Positions 1-13,000 of a stretch of DNA of 64,000 nucleotides are shown one piece after another. The number at the start of each line of letters is the position of its first letter. Position 1 is the stretch's first letter. The DNA is from Raillietiella orientalis (lineage: Eukaryota), in contig JAYWIR010000053.1 of the NCBI GenBank assembly GCA_036172245.1, positions 124,001-188,000 of the forward strand. Direction: 5' to 3'. The position numbers and the translations under genes were made by a program. The notes below the pieces were generated by a model. That model did no database searches. It was not told the DNA's origin and saw nothing but the letters and a program-made list of their open reading frames with translations.

Positions 1-2404
1 AACCGCCTTCTTCCCTGGGACGACACAGGGGTTTCAGACTTACTCTTGGGCGATAGTGGCCCCAGAGTGTTTTTCTTTGCAGCTTGTCGAACTCCCTAGT
101 AGTGTCCTTGTTCATCCTCGCGAAGGCCGCGCCGAAGAGCACTTTCGGAAGGAGTACTCCGTTCCATATGTTGGCCTTTCGCTTCATCCCAAGGTCCGTT
201 CGGTTGTACTTGGCTGCTTCCTTGGCCGTTTTCCCCAGGATTTCCTTCCACAGCACCTTCGACGCAGAGCCGTCGCCGATGTAGACTCCCAGGTACTTGG
301 CCGTGTCCACCGTACGGAATCCACTACCCGTTAGAGTGGAGAGATCCAGTATTCCGACGGGCAAAAGCTGGCTCTTCTGGGAATTGATTTTTAAGCCCAA
401 GCCCTGTTCCATCAGGTCCACCACATCCAGAGACGCACGCTGATTTTTCTCTCCCTTGAAGAAGAAGAGTAGAACATCGCCGTATGCCAGATGGGTAAGA
501 CGCTGGCCATCGATTGTTATGCCTTGCAGTCGTCCGCTCTTCTCGATAAAGGACGACAACGCCTCCATGTAGATGACTTACAGCATCGGATTCAGCGAAT
601 CGCCCTGCCGGACTCCCCGTTCCATCCTGATTGCTGCTGTCTCCTGGCCGTTGATCCTGATCCGGCAGTACTGGTTCTGGAGTACAGCCCTTACGAAGTT
701 GCTGAAGTATTCCGGAAGTCCTAGCTTCTCCAGAACCCTCAGCAGCATCCCGTGGTCGATGGAGTTGAAAGCCTTCTCCATGTAAGTGAACTCTAGCATC
801 AGGTTCTCGCAGACGTATCGACTGAGTCCAACAGTGGCCTGGGCACACTTGACATTGTCCGACATGTGCCGTCCTGGGACTGCACATGTCTGGACCGGAG
901 AGATCAGCCTCGACATGACCTTGCCTAAGCGGTTGGACCCGATCTTCGCCAACCACTTGGCATCGGAGTTTAGGATCGAGATTGGCCTCCATTGGGCGAT
1001 CTGGGTAGAGTCGCCTCCTTTCGGCAGCAATCTCATCCGACTCTCGTAGAAGGACTGAGGTAGTCTGCCTTCTTCCCGGATGCAGAGGGTCAACTGGTGG
1101 AACAAGCGCAGGTAGGCGTGCAGGTACCGCTGATAGTGCGTGGTGGGTACACTGTCAGGGCCCGCTGCCACGTCCTTGCGAAGTTGCCCAAACGCAGTCT
1201 TCACCTCTTCTTCGGAGAACTCCTCCTCCAGTCTGTTCCGCTGGAGGTCGTCGATCCTCTTCTCGAGATAGCTCAAGAAGGCCTGTTGACTAGAGCGACA
1301 CAGCTGTGGTCGCCTGAAGTGTTTCGTGTAATGCCTGTGAAAGGCATCCACGATGTCCTCAGACGACTGTCGCTTTTGGCCGTCGTACTGGATGCAGAAG
1401 ATATCTGTTGCCAGATTTCTCTTCTCCAGCACGCCGACTTTCCCTTTTATGTTATTGAGGACGTACCGTCTCTCGTACTGATCGAAGTACTTTAAGAGGG
1501 AGCGATCTTGGATGTTCAGCTCCCGGTACGCCTCTTGCCTCAAGCGCCTATCCCCGAACTGCATGTTCGCAAACAGATGTATCCTGTGTTTCAGGCTGTC
1601 CCAGTCGGCGACTCTTCGGATTGTTGTTGCCTTCAGAATCGTCTCCAGGACAGCCTGATGTCCGGGATGGGTTTCGAACCAGGCGGGCATGCTGATGAGC
1701 GCCGCCCTGGTGCCTTGCCTCCGCCGAGGATTTTCCGTTCTTAGGGAAAACCGCACCAGGGGGTGATCGGACACCGTGGTCATAATGTCTCGAAAACCCT
1801 GGATGCGATTCCCAAGTTCGGTGCTGTGCAGTACGTGATCGATCGGCTTGTGACTTGCAGTTCGCCACACCAGTCCGAACTCGTCGGATAACCGCCGATA
1901 CGCCGTCCTTCCTCTGGCGTCTTCGGAGTGAGTGATCTCATCCAATATGTTGAGATTGCCAGCAACAATCACGACGTCCTTGGAAGCAACCTTTTCACGG
2001 AGTGCTGCATGCAGCGCCTCCGCACAACGATGTTTTAGCCTGTGCGGTCCGTACACGTTCACCAGGATGAGGTGAACAGTAGCGGACCAGGCGAGTCGCA
2101 CGCCGATGATTCGTCCGGTTTGGGGACAGAACACTTCCAGAATAGTGGGGGCCAAGTTGTTCTTGATTAGGACCGCCACTCCCTGCGTGTTCCGTTCTCC
2201 CTCGCTGACGAAAATCTGCCCGTTGAATCGCCGTTCCATTTGCTGGCTAATCTCGAGACCCATCTTGTGGGTCTCCTGCAGGCACACTATGTCTTGTTGT
2301 GCGATGGTCCGCACAATCCTTCTTCTTTTTCCCTGGTCGACCATACCGTTTACATTCCAGGAGGCGATGTTCAGATTCCTGGCGGTCGATAGGGAAGAGG
2401 CCAT
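1..2404 (-). pseudogene. G1 ORF2 (APE endonuclease + reverse transcriptase), disrupted
   Basis: Motifs SWNVNG, CLQETH, NVYGP, IDH, SDH, WRPISILNSD, MEKAFN and RQGDSL. The frame ends near 578 and YADD has mutated to YGDV near 475. Confidence 0.9.
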
Positions 2405-2417
2405 AAAAGGGGAAGAC

Positions 2418-4205
2418 CTATTTCTTGGCCTTCCTGAGCTTCTTCTGTCTGAGAGAGCGTGCTCTTCCAGACAATGAAGAAGCAGCGGGCTTCTCGCTGC
2501 CGGCGTCACTCTCTGTTCCGGTGAGGTCGGTTACTTCCGCCTTCTCCGTCGAGTGTTCGTCCCGCTCGATCAGTTTTCGAGATAGCGTCTCTATCTGGAC
2601 CTTGGCGCAGAAGTTCGCCTTTACCTCGAGAAGCTGTTGCTCTAGCTTTTCGCGCTCGGTGACCTCCACAACCTGGTTGACCTTCTCCTGTGCATTGCAG
2701 ATCTTCTGCAGGATTTTCTCTTGCTGGGGACCGCTCTGCACCTCTAAGACTTCATTAGCCAGTGATGCCAACTCCTCCGTAGATTGCAGTGCCTCCTGCG
2801 ACGCCGGAGTGGCTTCGGCTTTTTCTTCTTCCGCGCCTTCCTGCGCTACCTTCATCTTCTCGCCTTCTTGCTCTTCACCTTGTAGGATAAGAAGGGTTTT
2901 TTGCTCCTTAACGAGCATGCTCCTCTTTCCTTTCTTCCCTACCTGTATGAAGCCGTCTTCCGATACCGGGACGGCTTCTTTCACCTTCTTCGGCCTTCCT
3001 GCCTTCTGAGGCTGTTCCGCCTCCTTGGTGTTTCTCTCTATCACGGGAGAGAGACCTCGAATCCTTCTGCAGTTTGCAAACTCCGGACAGCTCCATTTGG
3101 CATGTCCGTGTTTCTTGCAGAAGGAGCACACCTCCGGCTGCGGGCAGTTTCCGACTTGATGTCCAACTTTGCCGCAGCGGAAACAACGACACGTTGGGCA
3201 AGCGCCGGCCCTGTGGCCGAACTGCTTGCACCCGGTGCAGAATATCGGCTGTTGCCGGTAACGCACGTTCACTCCCTGAGATTGTTCGTCAAGAACGGCT
3301 AATCCAGGGATCACAGCTCCCTCTTTCAACTTCATTTTGGCGATCATGTCGCCAGAAAATATTTTTCCAGAGAAGTTCTGGAATTCAAGGTCCAGAACTT
3401 CCCCATACTGCTCCAAAAAGTTCCACACCGTTAGTTGCGGTGTGAGGATGGAGATGCCGTTCAGAAAAACGGTTGTGTATGGCATCTCGCCAACACCACA
3501 AACCATCCTCCCTTGTATATTGATCCCCTTCTGGATCAATCGCTCTCTAATCTCTTCACAGTCTGTGAAGACTGTGAACCCGTTGTTTGCTGGTATGATC
3601 GCCTGTATGCGATCAAAATTCATGTCCGTTTTATCGAGGGACAGATACACCTCCCTGATATTATTGAACTTGATCAGCCCAGTCTTGAAAATGATGGGCT
3701 TTACATTCGGCCCTAACTCCACGATCGGTCGATCCACCTTTTCGACTTTACCGCATAGCGGCTTCCCGAATTTTCTTGGTGGGTGGACACTCGCTTGTCC
3801 AGCCGCCACCGACGCATAGGAAAAGGGCTGCGCCGCCGCAGCCGAACAAGATGGCGTCTCGCCCTGAACCGCGTGGACGCGCGCGGGTGCTGCCTGGGAC
3901 GCCGCGGCTCCGAGCGCAACCCTCGACGTCGCCACCGTTGCCGCCGTGGGCGGCACCCTCGGCATCGCCGCCGCAGGCGCGACCTTCCCCGCCGCGCGCA
4001 CGATCCTCGGCGTCGCCGCCGCGGGCACGACCTCCGCCGTCGTCGCCGCGGGCACGATCCTTGGCATCGCCGCCGCCGGCGCAGCAAAGCCCGCCGCGGG
4101 CGCGATCCTCGGCATGCCTGCCACCGCCTCGCCGTTGCCGCACGTTACCTCCATGGCTTCCATGGGGGACGACGGTCTCTCCACTCCTCTTCTAGGTGCC
4201 TGCAT
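2418..4205 (-). CDS. G1 ORF1, gag-like nucleic-acid-binding protein with three CCHC zinc knuckles
   Basis: 595-aa open frame with CTGCKQFGHRAGAC, CFRCGKVGHQVGNC and CSFCKKHGHAKWSC. Ala-rich N-terminus and E/K/Q-rich C-terminus. Confidence 0.88.
   Translation of the reverse strand: MQAPRRGVERPSSPMEAMEVTCGNGEAVAGMPRIAPAAGFAAPAAAMPRIVPAATTAEVVPAAATPRIVRAAGKVAPAAAMPRVPPTAATVATSRVALGAAASQAAPARVHAVQGETPSCSAAAAQPFSYASVAAGQASVHPPRKFGKPLCGKVEKVDRPIVELGPNVKPIIFKTGLIKFNNIREVYLSLDKTDMNFDRIQAIIPANNGFTVFTDCEEIRERLIQKGINIQGRMVCGVGEMPYTTVFLNGISILTPQLTVWNFLEQYGEVLDLEFQNFSGKIFSGDMIAKMKLKEGAVIPGLAVLDEQSQGVNVRYRQQPIFCTGCKQFGHRAGACPTCRCFRCGKVGHQVGNCPQPEVCSFCKKHGHAKWSCPEFANCRRIRGLSPVIERNTKEAEQPQKAGRPKKVKEAVPVSEDGFIQVGKKGKRSMLVKEQKTLLILQGEEQEGEKMKVAQEGAEEEKAEATPASQEALQSTEELASLANEVLEVQSGPQQEKILQKICNAQEKVNQVVEVTEREKLEQQLLEVKANFCAKVQIETLSRKLIERDEHSTEKAEVTDLTGTESDAGSEKPAASSLSGRARSLRQKKLRKAKK
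3900..4130 (-). repeat. Ala-rich coding tandem repeat (AAAMPRIVPAA-like) in G1 ORF1
   Basis: About 4-5 imperfect copies of CGATCCTCGGCATCGCCGCCGC. The same array occurs in G2 at about 9540-9770. Confidence 0.75.
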
Positions 4206-4522
4206 CCTCGCAGCTGGTCTTGCTGCACGGGACCACTGCAGGTCTTCCGCCGCGATCTCCTCGGAGCTTCTTTTCTAGTTTCGTTTGGAAAACTTCCCCT
4301 CTCCGGGCACACACGAGCACAATGAACTGATTAAATTGTCAAGTGCACAATACTTCGAGCCGCGGAGCAAGTTCACCGACTCAGCAGGTTTCCCCAAGTC
4401 CCACAAGGGGTGGGGTAAGTTTATTTTTCTATAAAAATACAAAATTTACATTCGCACTCTCATTCACTCAATACAAACATTTTCAACTTGGGGGTCCTTG
4501 GGTTGCACTAGAGTTCTGCTTT

Positions 4523-7500
4523 TCAGGGGGGAATTCCAGCTGGATGGTCCCGGGCGACGTCCTGGATCCTCTTCAGGATGAATCGGTACGTCCAGGCGTG
4601 GATCTTCCCGCAGTTCCTGATGCCGATTTTCCTCTTCAAGAGCCCTTGTAGGATCTCCATAGGTGGTGCGGCTCTCCTGGCTTTCCTCATTTTCCACCAC
4701 CGCACAAGTATGGCGGTGATGAAGAGGGCTATGGTCGTCCTCACCATGGGATTGTAACAGGGAACATTACCATCCCCATGAAACATCCCGGCGAGGATCT
4801 CCATAACGGACTTGTTGGTAAGTCCTATGATCCTTTTCAGGATCAGCTAGTCATGCAGGAGTGTGGGACACGTCAAGACGTGAAGTCTCGTGTCGTCGTC
4901 TCCACATGCTGCGCAGTCTCGGTCTTCCCGTCTTCCTGTAAAGTGCTGCAATCGGGACCCACTCTCGATTCCTCCGTGATAAAACATCAGGAGGTCATCC
5001 TGGGTGCCCGGCGGAAGGTCACTCCTCCAGAGCGTCGTGCCGATCGCTAACAGGTTAAACCGTTCACTCCCGTAGCGTTCGGTGGCTTCCTGGAGGGCAC
5101 TGGTGTCACGGTCGTTTTCTTGGATAAGCCTTCGGAGGTTTGTTCTGGTTACCCTCGACCATGCGAAGTCGTTGTGGTTGAACCACACTTCGCGGGTCCT
5201 GTGGGTTAACCTTCCTAACATCATCTCTGTATACCGAAGTATACGTGTTTGATGTAGGTAGCCTCCTCGCCTCCACTCCTGGATTTGCAGTAGGGTAACT
5301 CTGGACCGCTGGTAGATCCAGCTTCTCGTGTCCGGCGGGACAGGAAGCAACCAAGGGATCACCAAGATTGACTCGTCCTGCCTGAGTTCCCTGCTTCGCG
5401 GCACGATCTTGATTTGGTGCTTCCGCACCAGCCGTTGCTTCCTCCTCCAGGTCGGGTCGATTGTTATCCATTCCCCTACTTTGCCTAGCAGCGCAGTCAT
5501 CAGGCCTTTCGAGCTGTTAAGCAACAACGCGTAGGCCCTGTGCGCCGCATACGGCCAGTCATCCCAGTAAGTGGCAATGTCCAGGATGTGTCGCGTATCC
5601 ATGATTTCTATGGAGTGTGCAAGCGACTTCATCCCGGAACCGCCTTCTTCCCTGGGAAGACACAGGGGTTTTAGTCGGACTCTTGGGCGATAGTGGCCCC
5701 ACAGTGTTTTTCTCTGCAGCTTGTCGAACTCCCTCGTGGTTTCCTTGTTCATCCTCGCGAAGGCCGCCCCGAAGAGCACTTTCGGAAGGAGTACTCCGTT
5801 CCATATGTTGGCCTTTCGCTTCATCCCAAGGTCCGTTCGGGTGTACTTGGCTGCTTCCTTGGCCGTTTTTCCCAGGATTTCCTTCCACAGCAGCTTCGAC
5901 GCAGAGCCGTCGCCGATGTAGACTCCCAGGTACTTGGCCGTGTCCACCGTACGGAATCCACTACCCGTTAGAGTGGAGAGATCCACTATTCCGACGGGCA
6001 AAAGCTGGCTCTTCTGCGAATTGATTTTTAAGCCCAAGCCCTGTTCCATCAGGTCCACCACATCCAGAAACGCACGCTGATTTTTCTCTCCCTTGATGAA
6101 GAAGAGTAGATCATCGGCGTATGCCAGATGGGTAAGACGCTGGCTATCGATGGTTATCCCGCTTAGTCGTCCGCTCTTCTCGATAAAGAACGACAACGCC
6201 TCCATATAGATGACGAACAGCATCGGACTTAGCGAGTCGCCCTGTCGGACTCCTCGTTCCATCCTGATTGCTGCCGTCTCCTGGCCGTTGATCTTTATCC
6301 GGCAGTACTGGTTCTGGAGTACCGCCCTCACGAAGTTGCTGAAGTGTTCCGGAAGCCCTAGCTTCTCCAGAACCTTCAGCAGCATCCCGTGGTCGATGGA
6401 GTCGAACGCCTACTCCATGTCAGTGAACACCAGCACCAGGTTCTCGCCGACGTATCGACTGAGTCCAACAGTGGCCTGGGCACACTTGACATTGTCCGAC
6501 ATGTGTCGTCCTGGGACTGCACATGTCTGGACCGGAGAGATCAGCCTCGACATGACCTTGTCTAAGCGGTTGGACCAGATCTTCGCCAACCACTTGGCAT
6601 CGGAGTTTAGAATCGAGATTGGCCTCCATTGGGCGATCTGGGTAGAGTCGCCTCCTTTCGGCAGCAATCTCATCCGACTCTCGTAGAAGGACTGAGGTAG
6701 TCTGCCTTCTTCCCAGATGCAGAGGGTCAACTGGTGGAACGAACGCAGGTAGGCATTCAAGTACCGCTGATAGTGAGTGATGGGTACGCTGTCTGGGCCC
6801 GCTGCCACGTCCTTGCGTAGTTGACCAAACGCAGTCTTCACCTCGTCTTCGGAGAATTCCTCCTCCAGTCTGTTCCGCTGGAGATCGTCGGTCCTCTTCT
6901 CGAGGTAGCTCAGAAAGGCCTGTTGACTAGAGCGACAGAGATGTTGTCGCCTGAAGTGTTTCGTGTAATGCCTGTGAAAGGCATCCACGATGTCCTCAGA
7001 CGACTGTCGCTTTTGACCGTCGTACTGGATGCAGAAGATATCTGTTGCCAGATTTCTCTTCTCCAGCACGCCGACTTCCCCTTTTATGTTATTGAGGACG
7101 TACCGACTCTCGTACTGATCGAAGTACTTTGAGAGGAAGCGATCTTGGATGTTCAGCTCCCGGTACGCCTCTTGCCTCAAGCGCATATCCCCGAAATGCA
7201 TGTTCGCAAACAGGTGTATCCTGTGTTTCAGGCTGTCCCAGTCGGCGACTCTTCGGATTGTTGTTGCCCTCAGAATCGCCTCCAGGACAGCCTGATGTCC
7301 GGGATGGGTTTCGAACCAGGCGGGCATGCTGATGAGCGCTGCCCTGGTGCCTTGCCTCCGCCGAGGATTCTCCGTTCTTAGGGAAAACCGCACCAGGGGG
7401 TGATCGGACACCGTAGTCATAGTGTCGCGAAAACCCTGGATGCGGTTCCCAAGTTCGGTGCTGTGCAGGACGTGATCGATTGGCTTGTGGCTTGCTGTTC

Positions 7501-8041
7501 GCCAGACCAGTCCGAACTCCTCGGATAGCCGTCGATACGCCGTCCTTCCTCTGGCGTCTTCCGAATGAATGATCTCATCCAAGATGTTGAGATCGCCAGC
7601 AACAATCACGACGTCCTTAGGGGCGACTTTTTGCCGATGTGTTGCATGCAGCGCCTCCGCACAACGATGTTTTAGCCTGTGCGGCCCGTACACGTTCACC
7701 AGGATAAGGTGAACAGTCGCGGACCAGGCCAGTCGCACGCCGATGATTCGTCCGGGTTGGGGACAGAACACTTCCAGAATAGTGGGGGCTAAGTGGTTCT
7801 TTATTAGCACCGCCACACCCTTCGTGTTCCGTTCTCCTTCGTTGACGAACATCGGTACGTTGAATCGCCGTTCCATTCGCTGGCTTATCTCGAGACCCAT
7901 CCTGTGGGACTCCTGCAGGCACACGATGTCTTGTTGTGCGATGGTCCGCACAATCCTTCTTCTTTTTCCCTGGTCGACCAAACCGTTTACGTTCCAGGAG
8001 GCGATGTTATTCCTCCTGGCGGTCGATAGGGAACAGGCCAT
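4523..8041 (-). pseudogene. G2 ORF2 (EN-RT-zinc finger) with stops
   Basis: ORF pieces 6410-8041, 4847-6385 and 4523-4804. KAFD has become *AFD at 6410; AYADD is intact; C-terminal CAAC..H...C is present. Confidence 0.9.
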
Positions 8042-8055
8042 AAAAGGGGAAGACC

Positions 8056-9843
8056 TATTTTTTTGGCCTTCCTGAGCTTCTTCTGTCTGAGAGAGCGTGC
8101 TCTTCCAGTCAATGAAGAAGCAGCGGGTTTCTCGCTGCCGGCGTCACACTCCGTACCTGTGAGGTCGGTAATTTCCGCCTCCTCCGTAGAGTGTTCCGCC
8201 TGCGCGATCAATTTTCGAGATAGCGCCTCTATCTCGACCTTGGCGCAGAAGTTCGCCTTCACGTCGGGAAGCTGTTCCTCTAACTTCTCGCGTTCAGCGA
8301 CCTCCACCACCTGGTTGATGTTCTCTTGTGCAGTGCAGATCTTCTGCAAGATTTTCTCTTGGTGAGGACCGCTCTGCACCTCCATGATCTCCTCCGCCAG
8401 TGTTGCCAACTCCTCCGTAGTCTGCAGAGCCTCCTGCGACACTTTAGTGGCTTCCTGTCTCTCTTCCTTCGCGCCTTGCTGCGCTACCTCCATCTTCTCG
8501 CCTTCCTGCTCTGCTGCTTCCAGGATTTGAGGAGTTCCTTGCTCCTTGACGAGCATCCTCCTCTTTCCCTTCTTTCCCACTTCTATGAAGCCGTGCGCCG
8601 ACACCGGGACAGCTTCTTTCACTTTTTTCTGCCTTCCTGCCTTCTGAGGCTGTTCGGCCTCCTTGATGTTTCTCTCTCTCACGGGAGAGAGACCTCGAAT
8701 CCTTCTGCAGTTTTCAAACTCCGGACAGCTCCATTTCGCATGTCCGTGTTTCTTGCAGAAGGAGCACACCTCCGGATGCTGGCAGTTTCGGACTTGATGT
8801 CCTACTTTGCCGCAGCGGAAACAACGACACGTTGGGCAAGCGCCGGCCCTGTGGCCGAACTGCTTGCACCCGGTGCAGAATATCGGCAGTTGCCGGTAAC
8901 GCACGTTCACTCTCTGAGATTGTTCGTCAAGAACGGCTAATCCAGGGATCACAGCTCCCTCTTTCAACTTCATTTTGGCGATCATGTCGCCAGAGAATAT
9001 TTTTCCAGAGAAGTTCTGGAATTCAAGGTCCAGAACTTCCCCATACTGCTCCATAAAGTTCCACACCGTTAGTTGCGGTGTGAGGATGGAAATGCCGTTC
9101 AGAAAGACGGTTGTGTATGGCATCTCGCCAACACCACAAACCATCCGTCCTTGTATATTGATCCCCTTCTGGATCAATCGCTCTCTAATGTTTTGACAGT
9201 CTGTAAAGACTGTGAACCCGTTGTTTGATGGAATGATCGCATGAATGCGATCAAAGTCTATGTCCGTCTTGTCGAGGGACAAATAGACCTCCCTAATGTT
9301 ATTAAATTTTATTAGCCCCGTCTTGAAGATAATGGGCTTCACGTTAGGGCCTATTTCGACTATTGGTCGGTCCACTTTTAGTACTTTTCCGCTAAGCGGC
9401 TTACCGAATTTCCTAAGTGGGTGGACACTCGCCTGTCCAGCCGCCACCGACGCATAAGAAAAGGGCTGCGACGCCGCAGCCGAACAAGATGGCGTCGCTC
9501 CCTGCACCGCGTGGACGCCCGCGGGTCCCGCCTGGGACGCCACCGCCGCGGGCGCAACCCTCGACGTTGCCGCCGTTACCGCCGCGGGCGGCACCCTCGG
9601 CATCGCCGCCGCAGGCGCGACCTTCCCCGCCGCGGGCACGATCCTCGGCGTCGCCGCCGCGGGCACGACCTCCGCCGTCGTCGCCGCGGGCACGACCCTT
9701 GGCATCGCCGCCGCCGGCGCAGCAAAGTCCGCCGCGGGCGCGATCCTCGGCATGCCTGCCACCGCCTCGCCGTTGCCGCACGTTACCTATATGGCTTCCA
9801 TGGGGGACGACGGTCTCTCCACTCCTCTTCTAGGTGCCTGCAT
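8056..9843 (-). pseudogene. G2 ORF1 (three CCHC knuckles)
   Basis: Near-identical to G1 ORF1, with an early TAG and a 1-nt A-run expansion just before the stop. Confidence 0.85.
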
Positions 9844-10027
9844 CCTGGCAGCTGGTCTTGCTGCACGGGACCACTGCAGGTCTTTTGCCGCGATCTCCTC
9901 GCCGCTTCTTTTTTTTGTTTCTTCTGGAAAACTTCCCCTCTCCGGGCACACACGATCACAATTAACTAATAAAGTTGTCGAGCGCACAATACTTCGAGCC
10001 GCGGAGAAAGTTCACCGACTCGGCAGG

Positions 10028-13000
10028 AGCGGAGCGATCTCCAGACTGTCAAGGAGGTGACTCAGTTGCCGCGTTTTAAAGGCTAGCAAAAGAAGCGCCT
10101 ATAAAGAACGCAGCGAGAATCGCGGAGGTTTGGGCAACTACTTTCGGAAGCCTCCGAAAATCGCCTTAGCGAATGGAAGGTTGTGGAGAGGAGAAAAGAA
10201 AAATCTTCAAAACAAGCTTCGCAACATATATCCCTTAGCTCTTCCAAAGGAAAAAGCAGTCGCGCGAATACGAAAACTCGCGCGGCTTGTGCCTCTTCCT
10301 AGGAAAAAGCCAGCGCCTTCAACGCGTGCAAGTCCGCTTCTGTGAACCCCGACAAGACCATTCCGGTGCAATCGGACGGATGCAAGCGCACGTCGAGAGT
10401 GCGAGCATTAGACTCCCCAAAAGAGTCCGATAGCTACGCTGAACGACGCGTCACTCGCGTGGGAGGGAGCGCCCTCAGGACTGAAGCCCTGAGGCGTGAC
10501 GCACTCGCCGCCGAACAACAAGTGCTCACCCCGGAATCCACACGTTCTGCACCCGGGAAGCAGCACTTGATTACGTGCAGCACAGTTGAGGTGGGTGGCG
10601 ACCGCTCTCTCCATCCCGTCGTGCTGCTTACTGTTCGCTCGGCGGGTGAGGCGAGCACCACGGCCTCGCTTTCCCAGCCGTGATGATGGCAATCGCGTCA
10701 TCTCGTCGTGTTGCCGTTACGTCTTGGAATGTCAACGGGCTCCAACATGAGAAGAGGCGACTAGTAACTGACGCTGTGCGCGCCTTCGACTTGACGCTCT
10801 TGTAGGAGATTCACAGCATCTCCGAAGAGTAGGCTGCCAAAATGGAACAACGCGCGGGCGGAACGCTACTTTATAGGTGCGGCGTTGCACGTACGTGCGT
10901 CGACGCTTTCCTCGTGCGAGGAACTTTGGCGGGAGCGGTGCGCAGCGTTTGTTTCGACACGGAAGGCCTAGTGGGACAGCTTTTACTCGAGTGGTCCGAC
11001 TCTATCGACCTTGTCGTTACCGACGTGTACGCGCCGAGCAATGCTGGTCGATGGGCCGAAAGGATCGAGTTCTTCGGTACCCTTCGAAGCCAGTGGCTCT
11101 TCGATTTCACCCTACTGTGACCCATCTCATTGCAAGGGACTTTGACGTCTACCTTCTTTCCGAAAATAGATCCCACAGAAGGGAAAAGTTGCTAGCGTAA
11201 GAGATGTGCGTGTCCGTGCACGCGTGCAACTTGTTCGCTAGCGACCCTGTTATGGCAGCAACGCCGGACCACGTATACCTTGATGAACACTTGGTCGCTC
11301 GAGTGGGTCGGAGCGGCCCGTGTTGTCCGTGCTTTCAGACCACAAGAGGCTCCAGTTCGAGTTTCTCCCGCCAGGCAAAGGGCCTCCAAACTGTTTTTGG
11401 AGGATGCCGGCAGACTGGCTAAGCCACCCGGAGGCGGCTAAGCACCTTCGCCAGTACCTCCTCGGCTTTTTCTTGAGTGAGCTTGAGGAGAGGGACGATC
11501 TGAAAAGATCGATTAGCGAGTGCCGCTGCCGGTTTCCCTTGCTCCAGCTTTCGCGCGGCTTCGGAGAGGGTGTAACCAACAGCAGAGATATTCTGCAGGC
11601 TCGTTCCATTTCCAGGCGGTCGGAAGTTGGTTGATTATCCCATTAAAAGGCCAAGGCCGATCGTCAGGTCTGGCAGTCAGGGGCGACAGTTCTGCTCGAC
11701 GACCAGGACAGGGAATGATCGGCTCCAGCCGACGTTCGACGGATAGTCAGGCGCTATTACTCTTCTTTGCATGCAGAGGAATCGACAAAACGCCGCCTCT
11801 CCCGGCTTCTCCTGCCGATTCATGCGCCGGTTGTATTAGAGAAAGAACGCGCGCGTCTTGATGAGTTCTTCACGGCGAAGGAAATTTTCTCGGCCATCTC
11901 GGGGCTAAAGAGAGGAAAAGCGCCAAGCGACGATGGGCTCCCGGCAGAATTCTTTTAGTGTTTTGCGGCGGACCTCATTTCCCTGGTGCTCTAACTCTCG
12001 TCGCTGATGCGATACTCGATTGATGTCCCCGCCTCGTTTAGCTCAGCGAAGGTGCGTCTACTGCCGGAAGGCGGAGATTTGCGCCAACTGAACAACTGGC
12101 GTCCGATCGCATTAGTGAATTCGGACGTCAAGTTGTTCTCGAAACTTTGGGTGGCGCGGATGGGTAGGATCGCGGAATCCTTGGTAAGTCCGAAGCAGAC
12201 GTACGCTGTTCCTGGGCGGTCCATGGACGCGAATCTCTTGTTCATCCTCACATTGCTGCAATTGCAGCATCGTGTGGCGGTGGATCGTCGTGCGGAAGCG
12301 ACGCCTGCGATCTCTCACCGACGGAGGCGCGGGACGCAAAGGGAGACAACGGGAGCCTTGGCGGTTGCAGTCGATCTGCACAAAGCTTTTGATTGCGTGA
12401 ACCAAAAGCTTCTTCTTGAGCTTTTGGAACGTCTGGGTCTTCCGGCATCCCTGTTGGCGTACTTGCGCTCCTGCTGGCGCCACGCGATTACATCCATTGT
12501 TTTCAGTGGCTGTCGCGTGTACGGCGTGCCGGTACGACGAGGAATTAAGCAGGGTGACGCTAGCCAACCTGCCGAGCTCCTGTCCAGGTACGCCGGCCGT
12601 GGCAGCCTATGCCGACGACCTGCTTCTCCTGTTGCCCATGTCCACCCCGGCGACATCGCCTGAAGACTTCTTTGAGTTGATTCGTCGCTGTGCGGGCGTG
12701 AGCGTTAACAAGAGTGAGTGTATGGTTGTTCCGGTGGAAGGGACGTCGGAGGGGCACTCCTTCTGGATTTGCCTAGTGATCCCCACGTGCAGGTACTTCA
12801 GGTATTTTGTCGTGCCGTTGAACGACTTCTGCATCTCAGAAGCGTGGTCGGACTGCCTGCGGAAGGCAGAGCGTGCACTTGGCCAATTTTCAGAAGGCGA
12901 GTTCGTCTTGTCGGAACAAGCCTGCATCTGGAACACCTTCGTTGCAACCCTCCCAAGCCCCCTGTTTTTTGTTTGTCCACCTCCCCAGGAAGTCAAGTTT

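Larger units (their letters stand above)
1..4388 (-). mobile_element. L1/Tx1-like LINE, family G copy G1 (3' end outside window)
   Basis: ORF1 2418-4205 and disrupted ORF2 from 2404 to the window edge. The 5' end CCTGCTGAGTCGGTGAAC matches the G2 5' end at 10027. Confidence 0.9.
4389..10027 (-). mobile_element. L1/Tx1-like LINE, family G copy G2, full length but disabled
   Basis: Colinear with G1. The 3' end AATAAACTTACCCCACCCCTTGTGGGACTTGGGGAAA abuts the G1 5' end. ORF1 has a nonsense codon at about 9787. Confidence 0.9.

Noticed and set aside
2418..9843. LTR retrotransposon or retrovirus gag-pol
   Set aside because: No protease, RNase H, integrase, PBS or LTR was seen. The long direct repeats are whole tandem elements.
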